From a candidate division WOR-3 bacterium (GTDB lineage: Bacteria > Hydrothermota > Tepidihabitantia > Tepidihabitantales > CAIPLT01), in the NCBI GenBank assembly GCA_965649215.1, contig CBFGJZ010000006.1:17193-81192 (forward strand): a DNA stretch of 64,000 nucleotides, given 5' to 3'. Position numbers and translations under genes: made by a program. A model generated the notes under the pieces. It had not been told where the DNA came from, did not search any database, and saw only the letters and a list, made by a program, of their open reading frames with translations. How positions within the stretch are numbered: position 1 is the first letter of the stretch; each line of letters begins with the position of its first letter. Below are positions 8,818-19,079 of the stretch, piece after piece.

Positions 8818-9831
8818 ATGTCGAAAAAAGTTATTACCAGTGGTATGAGACCAACCGGTAGTTTACATTTAGGTAATCTACACGGAGCTTTAGAAAATTG
8901 GATAAAGTTACAAGATCAATATAATTGTTTTTATTTTATTGTTGATTGGCATTCGTTGACAACACCTGGTTCAATAAATTCAGCTGGTTATCAATATCCC
9001 GAACATTTGGCAAATAATGTCTATCAAATGGCATTGGATTGGTTAAGTGCGGGGCTTGATCCACAAAAAGCTACTATTTTTGTTCAATCTCATGTTCCCC
9101 AAGTTGCTGAGTTATTTTTACTATTAAGTATGATTACCCCCCTTGGTTGGTTAGAACGAAATCCGACTTATCGAGAAATGCTTGAAGATTATAAAATTGA
9201 ATACCCAAGTTTTGGCCTTTTAGGTTATCCGACCCTACAAGCAGCCGATATTTTAATTTATAAAGGTGAATTAGTACCTGTTGGTAAAGATCAAGAATCC
9301 CATGTTAATCTCTCTCGTGATATTGCCGGTCGTTTTAATAATCTCTATGGCAAAAATGTCTTTCCTTTACCAGAACCTTTACTAACTGAAACCCCGAAAA
9401 TACCCCGTTTAGATGATGTTAATAAAAAGATGAGTAAAAGTGGTGGTAACTATATCGCAATCGCTCATAGTGAAGAAGAAACAGTCAATCGAATTAAAAA
9501 TATGTTTACCGACCCGGTTAAAATTCGTAAAAACGATAAAGGACACCCTGATGGATGCGTTGTTTTTGCTTTTCATAAAATTTACAATAAGGCGGAAATC
9601 AATGTTGTTCGTACAGAATGTGAAGCAGGCGAACGAGGCTGTGTTGATTGTAAAATGGAACTTGCTGGAAAAATGAATAATGCTTTGCTACCAATTCGAA
9701 ATCGCCGTAAAGAATTAGCTGCCCAACCGCAAACAATAAAGGAAATCTTAAATAATGGAGCGCAGAAAGCACGGTTAGTTGCTCAAAATACACTTGAAGA
9801 AGTAAAAGAAATTATGAAGCTCAATTATTAA
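8818..9831 (+). CDS. trpS: Tryptophan--tRNA ligase
   Basis: SGMRPTG-LHLGN (HIGH), YPTLQAADIL, VPVGKDQ, KMSKS. Confidence 0.97.
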   Translation: MSKKVITSGMRPTGSLHLGNLHGALENWIKLQDQYNCFYFIVDWHSLTTPGSINSAGYQYPEHLANNVYQMALDWLSAGLDPQKATIFVQSHVPQVAELFLLLSMITPLGWLERNPTYREMLEDYKIEYPSFGLLGYPTLQAADILIYKGELVPVGKDQESHVNLSRDIAGRFNNLYGKNVFPLPEPLLTETPKIPRLDDVNKKMSKSGGNYIAIAHSEEETVNRIKNMFTDPVKIRKNDKGHPDGCVVFAFHKIYNKAEINVVRTECEAGERGCVDCKMELAGKMNNALLPIRNRRKELAAQPQTIKEILNNGAQKARLVAQNTLEEVKEIMKLNY

Positions 9832-9835
9832 GAGC

Positions 9836-11383
9836 ATGTTAGATGTTTATACTTTTTTTATTAAAGAATTTAGAAAGCTATTAGACTTTAAATCTCCTTC
9901 GAATCGCTATTTTTTACCTCGTCCTTATCGAAATAGTGCGGTGCAATTCCGAAAGTGTCGGATTGAAGATTACGAAGAACGAGTAGAAATTTTAGAATCA
10001 GTTGGTCTTAATGCATTCTTTTTCCCTGCGCAAAAAATTCCCGGCTGTGATTTATTATCTGATTCAGGAACTACAACTATGACTATTGAGCAATGGTCTC
10101 AACTGTTATTAGGTGATGAAGCTTATGGTGCCAATGAGGGTTATTTTGAACTCAAAGAACAAATTGTTAAGACTTTTGGACAAGATTGGCGTCAATCTGT
10201 ACCTCAAATCGAAAATATGTTTATCTTTCATCAAGGTCGTGCTGCTGAATATGCTCTTTTTTCACAACTTGCTTATCTATTGAAACAACAAGGACATAAT
10301 TTAACAGAAATAATCATTCCTAGTAACTCCCATTTTGATACAACACAAGCAAACATTGAAAATCAACAAATGATCGCACTTAACCTGCCCTGTCAAGAGC
10401 ACCTTACTAACAACGAACAATATCCCTTTCGTGGTAACATCGATCTGAAACGACTTGAAGAGTACTTAGAACAAAAAAGTTCCCAGATTCCGCTTGTTTA
10501 TCTTACTATCACCAATAATACTGTTGGTGGTCAACCTGTCTCAATGGCTAATATTCGACAGACACGAGAAATCACCCAGCGTTACCAAATTCCATTGTTC
10601 TTAGATGCAAGCCGTTTTGCTGAAAATGCTTGGTTTATTAAGCATAAAGAAGCAGGATACCACTTAAAGACTATTCAAGAAATTATTTATGAGATGTTTC
10701 AATATTGCGATGGTTTTCATGCTAGTTTTAAAAAAGATGGTTTAGTGAATATCGGGGGTATGTTAGTCATAAAACCTGATGGATTATTCTCCCAAAAATA
10801 TCCTCACTTTTGGCAAAGACTAATCGACCATCAAATTCTTATTGAAGGTAATCCTTCGTATGGTGGTTTAGCAGGACGGGATCTCAAAGCATTAGTACAA
10901 GGTTTAAAAACAGTAGTTAATGAAGATTATTTGACATATCGAATTAGACAAGTAGAAAAATTTGGCAATAAATTAATTGAATACAATATTCCAATTATCC
11001 GACCAATCGGTGGTCATGCAATTTATATTGATGTCGATAAATTTTTTAATACAAAACGGGCAGATGAAGATTTTTTAGGTATTAGTTTAACCGCCCTGAT
11101 GTTAATTGCTGGTCATCGATTATGTGAACTTGGGTTATATGCTTTTGGAAAGTATCGAAATGGTCAAGAAATTTTGCCGACGCCAAGAGTTAATTATGTT
11201 CGCGCTGCAATACCACGCTTAGTCTATGAAGATCAGGATTTATTAGCAGTTGCTGAAGCAATCAAAATTTTATATAACAATCAAGATAATATCCCTGGTG
11301 TAGAAGTTATTTATGGTCGTGAATTACCTCTTCGCCATTTCAAATCAAGATTTAAATTTAAAGCAATCTTTTGCCTTTTTTGA
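9836..11383 (+). CDS. tnaA: Tryptophanase (PLP beta-eliminating lyase)
   Basis: DLLSDSGT, GDEAY, HQGRAAE, HFDTT, GGQPVSM, SFKKD (PLP Lys). LRHF is the tryptophanase type; tyrosine phenol-lyase has LRFF. Confidence 0.85.
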   Translation: MLDVYTFFIKEFRKLLDFKSPSNRYFLPRPYRNSAVQFRKCRIEDYEERVEILESVGLNAFFFPAQKIPGCDLLSDSGTTTMTIEQWSQLLLGDEAYGANEGYFELKEQIVKTFGQDWRQSVPQIENMFIFHQGRAAEYALFSQLAYLLKQQGHNLTEIIIPSNSHFDTTQANIENQQMIALNLPCQEHLTNNEQYPFRGNIDLKRLEEYLEQKSSQIPLVYLTITNNTVGGQPVSMANIRQTREITQRYQIPLFLDASRFAENAWFIKHKEAGYHLKTIQEIIYEMFQYCDGFHASFKKDGLVNIGGMLVIKPDGLFSQKYPHFWQRLIDHQILIEGNPSYGGLAGRDLKALVQGLKTVVNEDYLTYRIRQVEKFGNKLIEYNIPIIRPIGGHAIYIDVDKFFNTKRADEDFLGISLTALMLIAGHRLCELGLYAFGKYRNGQEILPTPRVNYVRAAIPRLVYEDQDLLAVAEAIKILYNNQDNIPGVEVIYGRELPLRHFKSRFKFKAIFCLF

Positions 11384-12848
11384 AGACTGCAATAATTTTA
11401 TTATCTGTTGTAGCAAGGGGATCTTTTTCTAAAACAATAAAATCAGCATCTGCGCCGATTGATAATGACCCGATCCGATTTTCTGCTTGAATTGCATAAG
11501 CACCATTACAAGTAAACATTTTTAGTGCTTCTTGTAAAGTTATACTGTGTTCAGGATTAGGCATGTTCGCCGCAGTGCTAATACCTAACAAAGGATTAAT
11601 CGGAGTAATTGGAGCATCTGAACCACCAGCGATTATTATACCCTTTTCAATTAATTTTCGGTAGGGATTAGTATTCTGCCATCTTTGTCCTAATCGTTCT
11701 GCATACATTTTATTAGGGCCACCCCAATAAAATTCAAATGCGGGTTGCACACAGATTATTAAATTCAGTTTGCTTATTTCATCAATTAAAGCATCGGTTA
11801 GTAATTCACAATGCTCAATACGATGACGATTATGATTATCTTTAAGACAATGTTTTACAACTTTGATAACTTGTTTAATTGCTCGATCACCAATTGCATG
11901 AACCGCAGTCTGTAAATTATTCGTATCAGCGTTTAGATAAAATTCTTCTAATTCCTGATCAGAATAATATAAGATACCATAATGATTGGGTTTGTCAGCA
12001 TAAGGTTCATTAAGTGCTGCAGTATGAGAACCAAACGAACCGTCAATAAGAATACACCCACCAATTCTAGGCAAATTTAATCTTTGCACTCTTTGGATAT
12101 CTCGAGTTTGATAAAAGGGAATTACTTCAATCGGTAATCTTGATGAATTAGCGACTAAAAGCTCGCAGGTAAGATTGTCAAGTTCTGAACCTACCATTGT
12201 CACCATCGTAGTAACTCCCTGTTGAATTGCCAATTCTGAAGCCTTAAAAAATGATTCAATTCTTAATGCTGGATCAATTTTTTTTATAAAGATGCGGCTT
12301 GCTAATTCAAATACTTCACCACGTAAAACACCGGTCGGCTCTTTATATTGATCAACTTCAATGCCACTTTGAGAAGAATCACCATAATTTGTTAAAACTT
12401 CATTTAAGCCAGAGCTATTAAGTACTGCAGAATGCCCATCAATACGATATATTAAAATGGGATATTTTTTGAGAATTTTATCTAATTCCTTTTTTGTTGG
12501 ATACCGTTTTTCTTTAATATTATCAGGGTCAAAATTATACACAATAAGATATTTAAGTTCTTGTGCTAAATTGTAGGCAGCAAAAACTCTGTCAAATAAT
12601 TCTTCTAAAGATTGAATATCAGAGACTTCGGGAAATATTTTTTGTAACCCAACTCCTAAAATATGAGTGTGTGAATCAATAAAACCCGGCATTATATAAT
12701 TATCAGAAAAGGATATTTTATCTAATAAAGAGGGGAGAGCTGTTGATGAAAGTTCTTTAATCATGCCATCATCAATTAGCATCCAATGATACACATCATT
12801 ATTTTTGTTAATACTATATATTTTTTTAGCAGTTACTAAATATTTCAT
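11358..12848 (-). CDS. Amidohydrolase family 3 (YtcJ-like)
   Basis: PGFIDSHTH, DGSFGSHTAAL, HAIGDRA, RIEHC, GSDAP. Confidence 0.92.
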   Translation of the reverse strand: MKYLVTAKKIYSINKNNDVYHWMLIDDGMIKELSSTALPSLLDKISFSDNYIMPGFIDSHTHILGVGLQKIFPEVSDIQSLEELFDRVFAAYNLAQELKYLIVYNFDPDNIKEKRYPTKKELDKILKKYPILIYRIDGHSAVLNSSGLNEVLTNYGDSSQSGIEVDQYKEPTGVLRGEVFELASRIFIKKIDPALRIESFFKASELAIQQGVTTMVTMVGSELDNLTCELLVANSSRLPIEVIPFYQTRDIQRVQRLNLPRIGGCILIDGSFGSHTAALNEPYADKPNHYGILYYSDQELEEFYLNADTNNLQTAVHAIGDRAIKQVIKVVKHCLKDNHNRHRIEHCELLTDALIDEISKLNLIICVQPAFEFYWGGPNKMYAERLGQRWQNTNPYRKLIEKGIIIAGGSDAPITPINPLLGISTAANMPNPEHSITLQEALKMFTCNGAYAIQAENRIGSLSIGADADFIVLEKDPLATTDNKIIAVFKKGKRLL

Positions 12849-12855
12849 ATATTAT

Positions 12856-14202
12856 TTATTGTGCGACTATTTTAGCAATTGATTCAACATGATAAGTTTG
12901 TGGAAACATATCAATGAGATGGTACTTATCTAATCGATATCGATATTTTTGAAATATTACTAGATCACGAGCAAAAGTTGCTGGATTACATGAAATATAA
13001 ATAATTTTTTCTGGTCTCATTCTAATTATGTTGGTGAGTAACTTTTCCGAACAACCTTTACGAGGTGGATCAAGGATTATCGTGTCGATATCTTTGTAGT
13101 CTTGTATGACATTTTCTACTGATGAAGCAATAAATTCAATATTATTAATATTATTCAACTGAGCATTTTTTTGAGCATCATGAATTGCATCTGCATTTAT
13201 CTCAATTCCGATTACCTTTTTAGCTAATTCGCTTAACATAATCGCAAAAAAGCCAACTCCACAATACAAATCTAATAATCGATGCGCTGAAACTAAATAT
13301 TCTTTAATGATATTGACCATTTTTTTAGCCTGATCGACATTGACTTGAAAGAATGCCGAAGCTGAAATATTAAAAGTCTTGTCAAGAATCTTTTCTTGAT
13401 AATAATTTTTGCCATATAAAATAATATTTTCTTTACCTAAAATACGATTCGTCCGTTCAGGATTAACATTTTGAATAATACTGACAATATTAGGAAATAA
13501 ATTAGGTAAAAACTTATATAAAAGAGGATTAATTGAATGAGTTCGGGTTACAAAAATTACTAAAACTTGATTGGTATTCATTCCTTGTCTAATTATAATA
13601 TGTCGTAAATTGCCTTTATGTTTTTTTTCATTATAAATTGATTCCTTAATCTTATTAAGTTGTTTTCTTAAAGATTCTCGTATTTTATCAAATAAAGGTG
13701 GATGTAGTAAACATTGATCAATATTTATAACATTATGGCTAAATTTTTGATAAAAACCTATTCTCAGTGGCCGTTCACTCAGGGGATATTGGGTTTTATT
13801 ACGATAGTGAAAAGGTTGTGACGATGATAGTGCTGGTAAATCTTTTAGATTCAGTTTACTAATTCGTTGGAGTGATTCAATGAAAAATTCTTGTTTAATT
13901 CTTAACTGATTTTCATATTTAATATGTTGTAAGTCACATCCTCCGCAAACAGTAAAATATTGACAGGGGGGAGTTGTGCGGAAAGGGGACGGTTCGATTA
14001 GTTTATGAATGGTTGCTTTGTAGTATGTTTTTTTGCGCTCTTTAATTTTTAATTGGACATAATCAAGGGGTACGCCATATGGGACAAAGACTTTTATCCC
14101 ATTATAATTACATAAACCATACCCACCATAGACGATTTTATCAATTCTCGTTGTGAATGTGTTTGATGGATAGAGTTTTGCTTTTTGGGGGTGGTTTACC
14201 AA
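12856..14202 (-). CDS. rlmD: 23S rRNA m5U1939 methyltransferase
   Basis: TRAM domain, CQYFTVCGGC, FFQVN, DLYCGVG, DPPRKG, YISCNP, DMFPQTYHVE. Confidence 0.93.
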   Translation of the reverse strand: MVNHPQKAKLYPSNTFTTRIDKIVYGGYGLCNYNGIKVFVPYGVPLDYVQLKIKERKKTYYKATIHKLIEPSPFRTTPPCQYFTVCGGCDLQHIKYENQLRIKQEFFIESLQRISKLNLKDLPALSSSQPFHYRNKTQYPLSERPLRIGFYQKFSHNVINIDQCLLHPPLFDKIRESLRKQLNKIKESIYNEKKHKGNLRHIIIRQGMNTNQVLVIFVTRTHSINPLLYKFLPNLFPNIVSIIQNVNPERTNRILGKENIILYGKNYYQEKILDKTFNISASAFFQVNVDQAKKMVNIIKEYLVSAHRLLDLYCGVGFFAIMLSELAKKVIGIEINADAIHDAQKNAQLNNINNIEFIASSVENVIQDYKDIDTIILDPPRKGCSEKLLTNIIRMRPEKIIYISCNPATFARDLVIFQKYRYRLDKYHLIDMFPQTYHVESIAKIVAQ

Positions 14203-14675
14203 GCGGTAAGAACTTTTCTTAAAATTTCTAAAGATAATTTTTTGATTACTTTATTGATACCGTCGTCTTCACTTTCTTGTGAAACATCATATGTAATCCA
14301 ACTAGAAACTTCACCACGATATAAAGATTCATTACTAAATTTAGTTTTATCAATTATATCAATAAAAGCACTCATTGTTATACGATAATTAATAACTTCT
14401 TGATTTGCCGTATACGATTGAGGAGACCGCTCATAATTTATAATACGACATTCTAAAATAAGATTTGCCCGCTCATTGGGTACAATTACGAGAGTTCGAT
14501 CATTTGTAAAATCATCAATTAATTGATTTGTTAAAAGTTCACCTAAATTAGGCTTGACCGTTTGATTACCTACTAAGGGAATAGCAATAGATTTATACTG
14601 AGGTGGTAAAGTTGAGCGAGTACTGTAGCCACAACAACTTAAAAATAAAACTATAAAATATAATAATTTATTCAT
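14196..14675 (-). CDS. lptE: LPS assembly lipoprotein LptE family
   Basis: Lipoprotein signal (FLSCCGYS), LPPQYKSIAIP, NQT. Start moved to ATG 14675 because TTG 14711 is the -35 box. Confidence 0.8.
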   Translation of the reverse strand: MNKLLYFIVLFLSCCGYSTRSTLPPQYKSIAIPLVGNQTVKPNLGELLTNQLIDDFTNDRTLVIVPNERANLILECRIINYERSPQSYTANQEVINYRITMSAFIDIIDKTKFSNESLYRGEVSSWITYDVSQESEDDGINKVIKKLSLEILRKVLTAW

Positions 14676-14681
14676 TAATTT

Positions 14682-14711
14682 ACTATAATCAGAGAAGACT
14701 AGGGTTGTCAA
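14682..14711 (-). promoter_or_regulatory. sigma70 promoter, leaderless lptE
   Basis: TTGACA-N18-TATAGT; ATG 6 nt later. Confidence 0.6.
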
Positions 14712-14951
14712 TAGTTTTAGATTTATTAACAGAATTAACTAAATAATAACTTTAGGGCAAACGAATTCTTAATTACCATAATAGATATAAACATTAGTTA
14801 GTATATTAAACAAATATAAATATGACGCAAGGGGCGGAACGGCTCTCGGGCTTGCCTTTAAATTAATTAATGTTGTATATAAGTGAAGATATTTTGTAAG
14901 AAATTACTCATATCTATTCCTGAATATTATATCAAAATAAAAAATCTTTTG

Positions 14952-14979
14952 TTGACATTCAAGAAATTTTATTTATATT
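14952..14979 (+). promoter_or_regulatory. sigma70 promoter, leaderless
   Basis: TTGACA-N16-TATATT; ATG 6 nt later. Confidence 0.65.
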
Positions 14980-14985
14980 AAATAT

Positions 14986-15360
14986 ATGGAAAATGAACGC
15001 AATAAGATTTTAGCAGCAGTTGGCTATATTCCTTTTTTATGTTTTATACCAATTTTCGCAGCACGAGATGATGAATATTGCCAGTTTCATGGTAAACAGA
15101 GCTTAGTGCTATTTATAGCATATATAATAATTTCATTATTTTTATGGGTGATTAGTCTTATTTTAAGAGGATTGTTAGGTCATATTCCGATAATTGGATT
15201 AGTTTTTAAGTTTTTTGGATGGATTAGCCATAATTTCATTGGAACGATTATTGGAATTGCCTATTTAATTTTGATTATATTAAGTATCATATATGTAATT
15301 CTAGGACATAAATGGGAAATTCCGATTATTTCTAAATACGCAAAATCCCTTAATATCTAA
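14986..15360 (+). CDS. DUF4870-like membrane protein
   Basis: LAAVGYIPFL, FHGKQSL, WEIPII; several hydrophobic helices. Confidence 0.75.
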   Translation: MENERNKILAAVGYIPFLCFIPIFAARDDEYCQFHGKQSLVLFIAYIIISLFLWVISLILRGLLGHIPIIGLVFKFFGWISHNFIGTIIGIAYLILIILSIIYVILGHKWEIPIISKYAKSLNI

Positions 15361-15451
15361 TAAAAAAAATATTATTTATTGTTCTGATAATTTATCTTAT
15401 GTAAACAATGATTTTTTATTAAATCTTTTCTTCTTCTCCTCTTTTTAATAT

Positions 15452-16906
15452 CTACTTGTCTATTTTTTCGTAATTCGGTGCTTCTTTGGTGATTACAATA
15501 TCGTGTGGATGACTTTCTTTTAAACCAGCATTACTTAAGCTGATAAATTTTGCTTTAGTTTGCAATTCTTTTATATTTTTTGTTCCACAATACCCCATTC
15601 CTGCTTTGAGTCCACCAATTAATTGATAGATAACTTCACTAACTTTACCACGATATGGGACTCTCCCTTCAATTCCTTCAGGAACAAATTTTTTAACTCC
15701 CTCCTGAAAATACCGATCTGCTGAACCACTCTTCATAGCGTCAATTGAACCCATAGCTCGGTAGATTTTATATTTTCTACCTTCTAATAAAACTTCTTCG
15801 CCAGGACTTTCTTCCGTACCGGCAAATAAATTGCCAATCATTACTGAACTTGCCCCTGCGGCTATTGCCTTTACGATATCTCCTGAATATCTGATTCCAC
15901 CATCAGCAATTAATGGTATTTTATATTTACGCGCAAGGGTAACACAATTCATTATTGCAGAAAACTGAGGAACACCAATCCCAGCAATGACTCGTGTTGT
16001 ACAAATCGAACCAGGACCAATGCCAACTTTAATAGCATCAATGTCTAATTTAATTAAATCTCTTACTGCTTCAGTAGTTGCCACATTACCAACAACTAAT
16101 TGAATATTGGGAAACTTCTGACGAATAATTTTCGTTACTTTCATAACATTTAATGAATGACCATGCGCAGTATCAATAACTAAAGCGTCAACTTCGGCTT
16201 CAATTAAAGCGCTCGCTCTTTCTAAAAATTCACTACTCGTGCCTATTGCTGCAGCTACCCGCAATCGCCCTAATTTATCAACTGTAGAATGTTTATATTC
16301 TTGCTTTTTTATAATATCTTTTATAGTTATTAATCCTTTGATATGACCCTTTTTATCAATAATTGGTAATTTTTCAATCTTATATTTCTTTAAAATCAAT
16401 TGGGCTTGTTTAAAGGTAGTTCCGACCGGAGCTGTAATTAAATTATCTTTTGTCATTACTTGCGATACTTTTTTAGATAAGTTATTTTCAAAAATGACAT
16501 CGCGTTTTGTCAGCATGCCAATTAATTTTCCAAAATTATCAATTACCGGTAAACCTGAAATCTGATATTTATTCATCAAATTATGAGCTTCTTGAATAGT
16601 TTGATTAGGTTTTATTGTAATTGGATTTATTATCATTCCACTTTCTGCACGTTTTACTTTAATAACTTCTTTGGTTTGTTCATCAATGGATAAGTTTTTA
16701 TGAATAACACCGATCCCACCGCACTGAGCTAAGGCAATCGCCATTTTTGCCTCGGTAACCGTATCCATTGCAGCACTAACTAATGGTATTGATAAGCTAA
16801 TTTTACGAGTAAAATAGGTTTGGGTATCAACATCTTTAGGAAGAATTGATGATTTTTGGGGAATTAATAAAATATCATCAAAAGCAAAAGCTTGTTTTAT
16901 GTTCAT
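15452..16906 (-). CDS. guaB: IMP dehydrogenase
   Basis: [11 protein letters not shown] pair, [35 protein letters not shown] before ATG 16906. Confidence 0.97.
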   Translation of the reverse strand: MNIKQAFAFDDILLIPQKSSILPKDVDTQTYFTRKISLSIPLVSAAMDTVTEAKMAIALAQCGGIGVIHKNLSIDEQTKEVIKVKRAESGMIINPITIKPNQTIQEAHNLMNKYQISGLPVIDNFGKLIGMLTKRDVIFENNLSKKVSQVMTKDNLITAPVGTTFKQAQLILKKYKIEKLPIIDKKGHIKGLITIKDIIKKQEYKHSTVDKLGRLRVAAAIGTSSEFLERASALIEAEVDALVIDTAHGHSLNVMKVTKIIRQKFPNIQLVVGNVATTEAVRDLIKLDIDAIKVGIGPGSICTTRVIAGIGVPQFSAIMNCVTLARKYKIPLIADGGIRYSGDIVKAIAAGASSVMIGNLFAGTEESPGEEVLLEGRKYKIYRAMGSIDAMKSGSADRYFQEGVKKFVPEGIEGRVPYRGKVSEVIYQLIGGLKAGMGYCGTKNIKELQTKAKFISLSNAGLKESHPHDIVITKEAPNYEKIDK

Positions 16907-16925
16907 AAAATTAACTTCTCCCTGT

Positions 16926-17336
16926 TTAAGTTCGTTCAAAGGAAAAAGTTATTTCAGGGGGATTTTTTAATGTCCAAAATACTGAACAATAACGATCACG
17001 TGATAGTTCAAACACTTTTTGTAAATCAGCATCCGCAATTTCAGAATTCGTTTTAAATATCAAATTAATTTTTATAAATCGCTTGGGATGTTCTGTCGCT
17101 CTCTCACCAATTACAGTTACTGAAAAATTTTTAAGGTCTACCCTCATCTTTTTCAGGATTGACACCATATCAAATGCCATACACCCAGCTAAAGAAACTA
17201 ATAGTAAATCAACCGGTTGAAACCCCATTTCAGTACCACCAACTTCCTTTTTCGTATCGATAATAAAACTATGTCCTGCTTCATCATCAACAACAAATCT
17301 TAAATTATCAATCCACTTTAATGTTACCTTTTGCAT
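16926..17336 (-). CDS. OsmC/YhfA-family protein
   Basis: PVDLLLVSLAGC, RYCSV. Confidence 0.9.
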   Translation of the reverse strand: MQKVTLKWIDNLRFVVDDEAGHSFIIDTKKEVGGTEMGFQPVDLLLVSLAGCMAFDMVSILKKMRVDLKNFSVTVIGERATEHPKRFIKINLIFKTNSEIADADLQKVFELSRDRYCSVFWTLKNPPEITFSFERT

Positions 17337-17341
17337 ATTCT

Positions 17342-17830
17342 CTATTGTTCTAATAGCTCTTTTATTTTAATTTCAAGTTGTGATTTGCTTTTTTCACTAA
17401 AACCAACTTCTTTATAAACGATATTACCACTTCGATCAAAAACAAAAAATGTTGGAATGCCTTGAATTTGGTACTTTTTGGCAACTTCTTGATTACCAAG
17501 AAGAATTGGGTAATTTATCTTGTATTCATTGATAAAGGGTGGTATTGCTTCTTTATTCTGATCTAAAGAAATACCTAATATTGCTAATCCTTTATCTTTG
17601 TATTTATCATATAAATCTACTAAATGAGGAATCGCTTCCTGACAAGGTGGACACCAAGTTGCCCAAAAATCAATTAATATAACTTTTTTCTTTAATTGTG
17701 ATAAAGTGATTGTTCCGCCATCAATCTTTTCTAAAGTAAAATCGGTATCTTTAAAAACCGCCGGTGATTTTGTTTTAACACAACTTATTATTAAAAATAT
17801 GGTACTGATGATTATAATGATATATTTCAC
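17342..17830 (-). CDS. TlpA-family thiol:disulfide oxidoreductase lipoprotein
   Basis: Lipobox IISC, FWATWCPPC, GIPTFF. Confidence 0.92.
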   Translation of the reverse strand: MKYIIIIISTIFLIISCVKTKSPAVFKDTDFTLEKIDGGTITLSQLKKKVILIDFWATWCPPCQEAIPHLVDLYDKYKDKGLAILGISLDQNKEAIPPFINEYKINYPILLGNQEVAKKYQIQGIPTFFVFDRSGNIVYKEVGFSEKSKSQLEIKIKELLEQ

Positions 17831-17846
17831 TTTTACCTCTTATTTT

Positions 17847-18167
17847 TTATTGGATAATTTTATTAATTCGGTCAATTAAAAAACCTTTTGGTACAGCGCC
17901 GATAATAGAATCAATAACTTTACCATCTTTAAAAAATAATAATGCAGGAATACTCATGATTTGATATTTTTGTGCCAACTCACTTTCATTATCAACATTC
18001 ACTTTTGCAACTTTAATTTTTCCTTCGTATTCTTGAGCAACCTGATCAATTACGGGAATCATCATTTGACACGGCATACACCAACTTGCCCAAAAATCTA
18101 CTATGACTGGTATTTCTGAATCAATTACTTCTTTTTGAAAATTTGTGTTATTTAATTCTATTGGCAT
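17847..18167 (-). CDS. trxA: Thioredoxin
   Basis: DFWASWCMPC, SIPAL. Confidence 0.95.
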   Translation of the reverse strand: MPIELNNTNFQKEVIDSEIPVIVDFWASWCMPCQMMIPVIDQVAQEYEGKIKVAKVNVDNESELAQKYQIMSIPALLFFKDGKVIDSIIGAVPKGFLIDRINKIIQ

Positions 18168-18172
18168 TAGAT

Positions 18173-18200
18173 ATTATACTGTGAATCAATCATCTGTCAA
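18173..18200 (-). promoter_or_regulatory. sigma70 promoter, leaderless trxA (-35 inside dprA 3' end)
   Basis: TTGACA-N16-TATAAT; ATG 5 nt later. Confidence 0.7.
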
Positions 18201-19053
18201 GTTGATTCAATAATTCGGAAATATTATTTATTGTCACTGCCCCCAGTGAGATTATTTTCTCATTCATAATTGAATTAATCCCTTTCAAAATAAACACTTT
18301 TTTATTATATTGAGTCGCATATTCAACAGTACTTAAAGTTCCACCGCTATCACCGGCTTCAATTACTAAGAGGTAATCAGAAAGCATTGCAGTAATTCGA
18401 TTTCTTAATAACGCATTTGCTAATGACCATTCACTTAAAGGGAAAAATTCGGATAATAATATCGCTTGGCTAGAAAATTCATCGGCTGATTGCTTGAGCT
18501 CTTCATGTAATCGGAACTTTAAAATTCCTGTCGGTAAGACTGCAATCGTTAACTGATTATTATCGACTGCACCGTGATGGGCAGCCGTATCAATTCCCTT
18601 AGCATAACCACTTACAATTATAAATCCATTGCGGGCAAGTTCTGAAGCAAACTTATAAGCCTGTTCTTTACCGTATTGCGAGGCATCGCGAGTTCCGATT
18701 ATACCAAAAGTTTTACCGTTTGGTAAATAGCGAGAAAGATATAATAGTGACGGTGCATTACTAATTTTATTTAGAACAAAAGGATATGATTTATCGTGTT
18801 TAGTAATAACTTTAATATTACGATTATATAATTGTTGTAAAATTTTCTCCATTTCATCAAGTTTATCTTTTGCTCGAAGTATCTCATTAATAATTCTTTG
18901 ATTAAGGCGAGGAATCTTTTCTAATTCATCGAATGTCGCTTCAAATACTGCTTTTGGATTTTTATAATTTTCTAAAAGATTCTGAAAAGTTGCAGGTCCG
19001 ATTCCTTCGATACTCTGTAATAATAAATAATATTTTAAATTATTTGCATCCAT
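18190..19053 (-). CDS. dprA: DNA-processing protein DprA/Smf
   Basis: GIIGTR, VSGYAKGIDTAAH, RNRI, VIEAG-SGGTL. Confidence 0.92.
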   Translation of the reverse strand: MDANNLKYYLLLQSIEGIGPATFQNLLENYKNPKAVFEATFDELEKIPRLNQRIINEILRAKDKLDEMEKILQQLYNRNIKVITKHDKSYPFVLNKISNAPSLLYLSRYLPNGKTFGIIGTRDASQYGKEQAYKFASELARNGFIIVSGYAKGIDTAAHHGAVDNNQLTIAVLPTGILKFRLHEELKQSADEFSSQAILLSEFFPLSEWSLANALLRNRITAMLSDYLLVIEAGDSGGTLSTVEYATQYNKKVFILKGINSIMNEKIISLGAVTINNISELLNQLDR

Positions 19054-19079
19054 TAAAATTAATTATCAATAACTTGTAT

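Noticed and set aside
9836-11383. Tyrosine phenol-lyase
   Set aside because: Has LRHF rather than the LRFF of tyrosine phenol-lyase.
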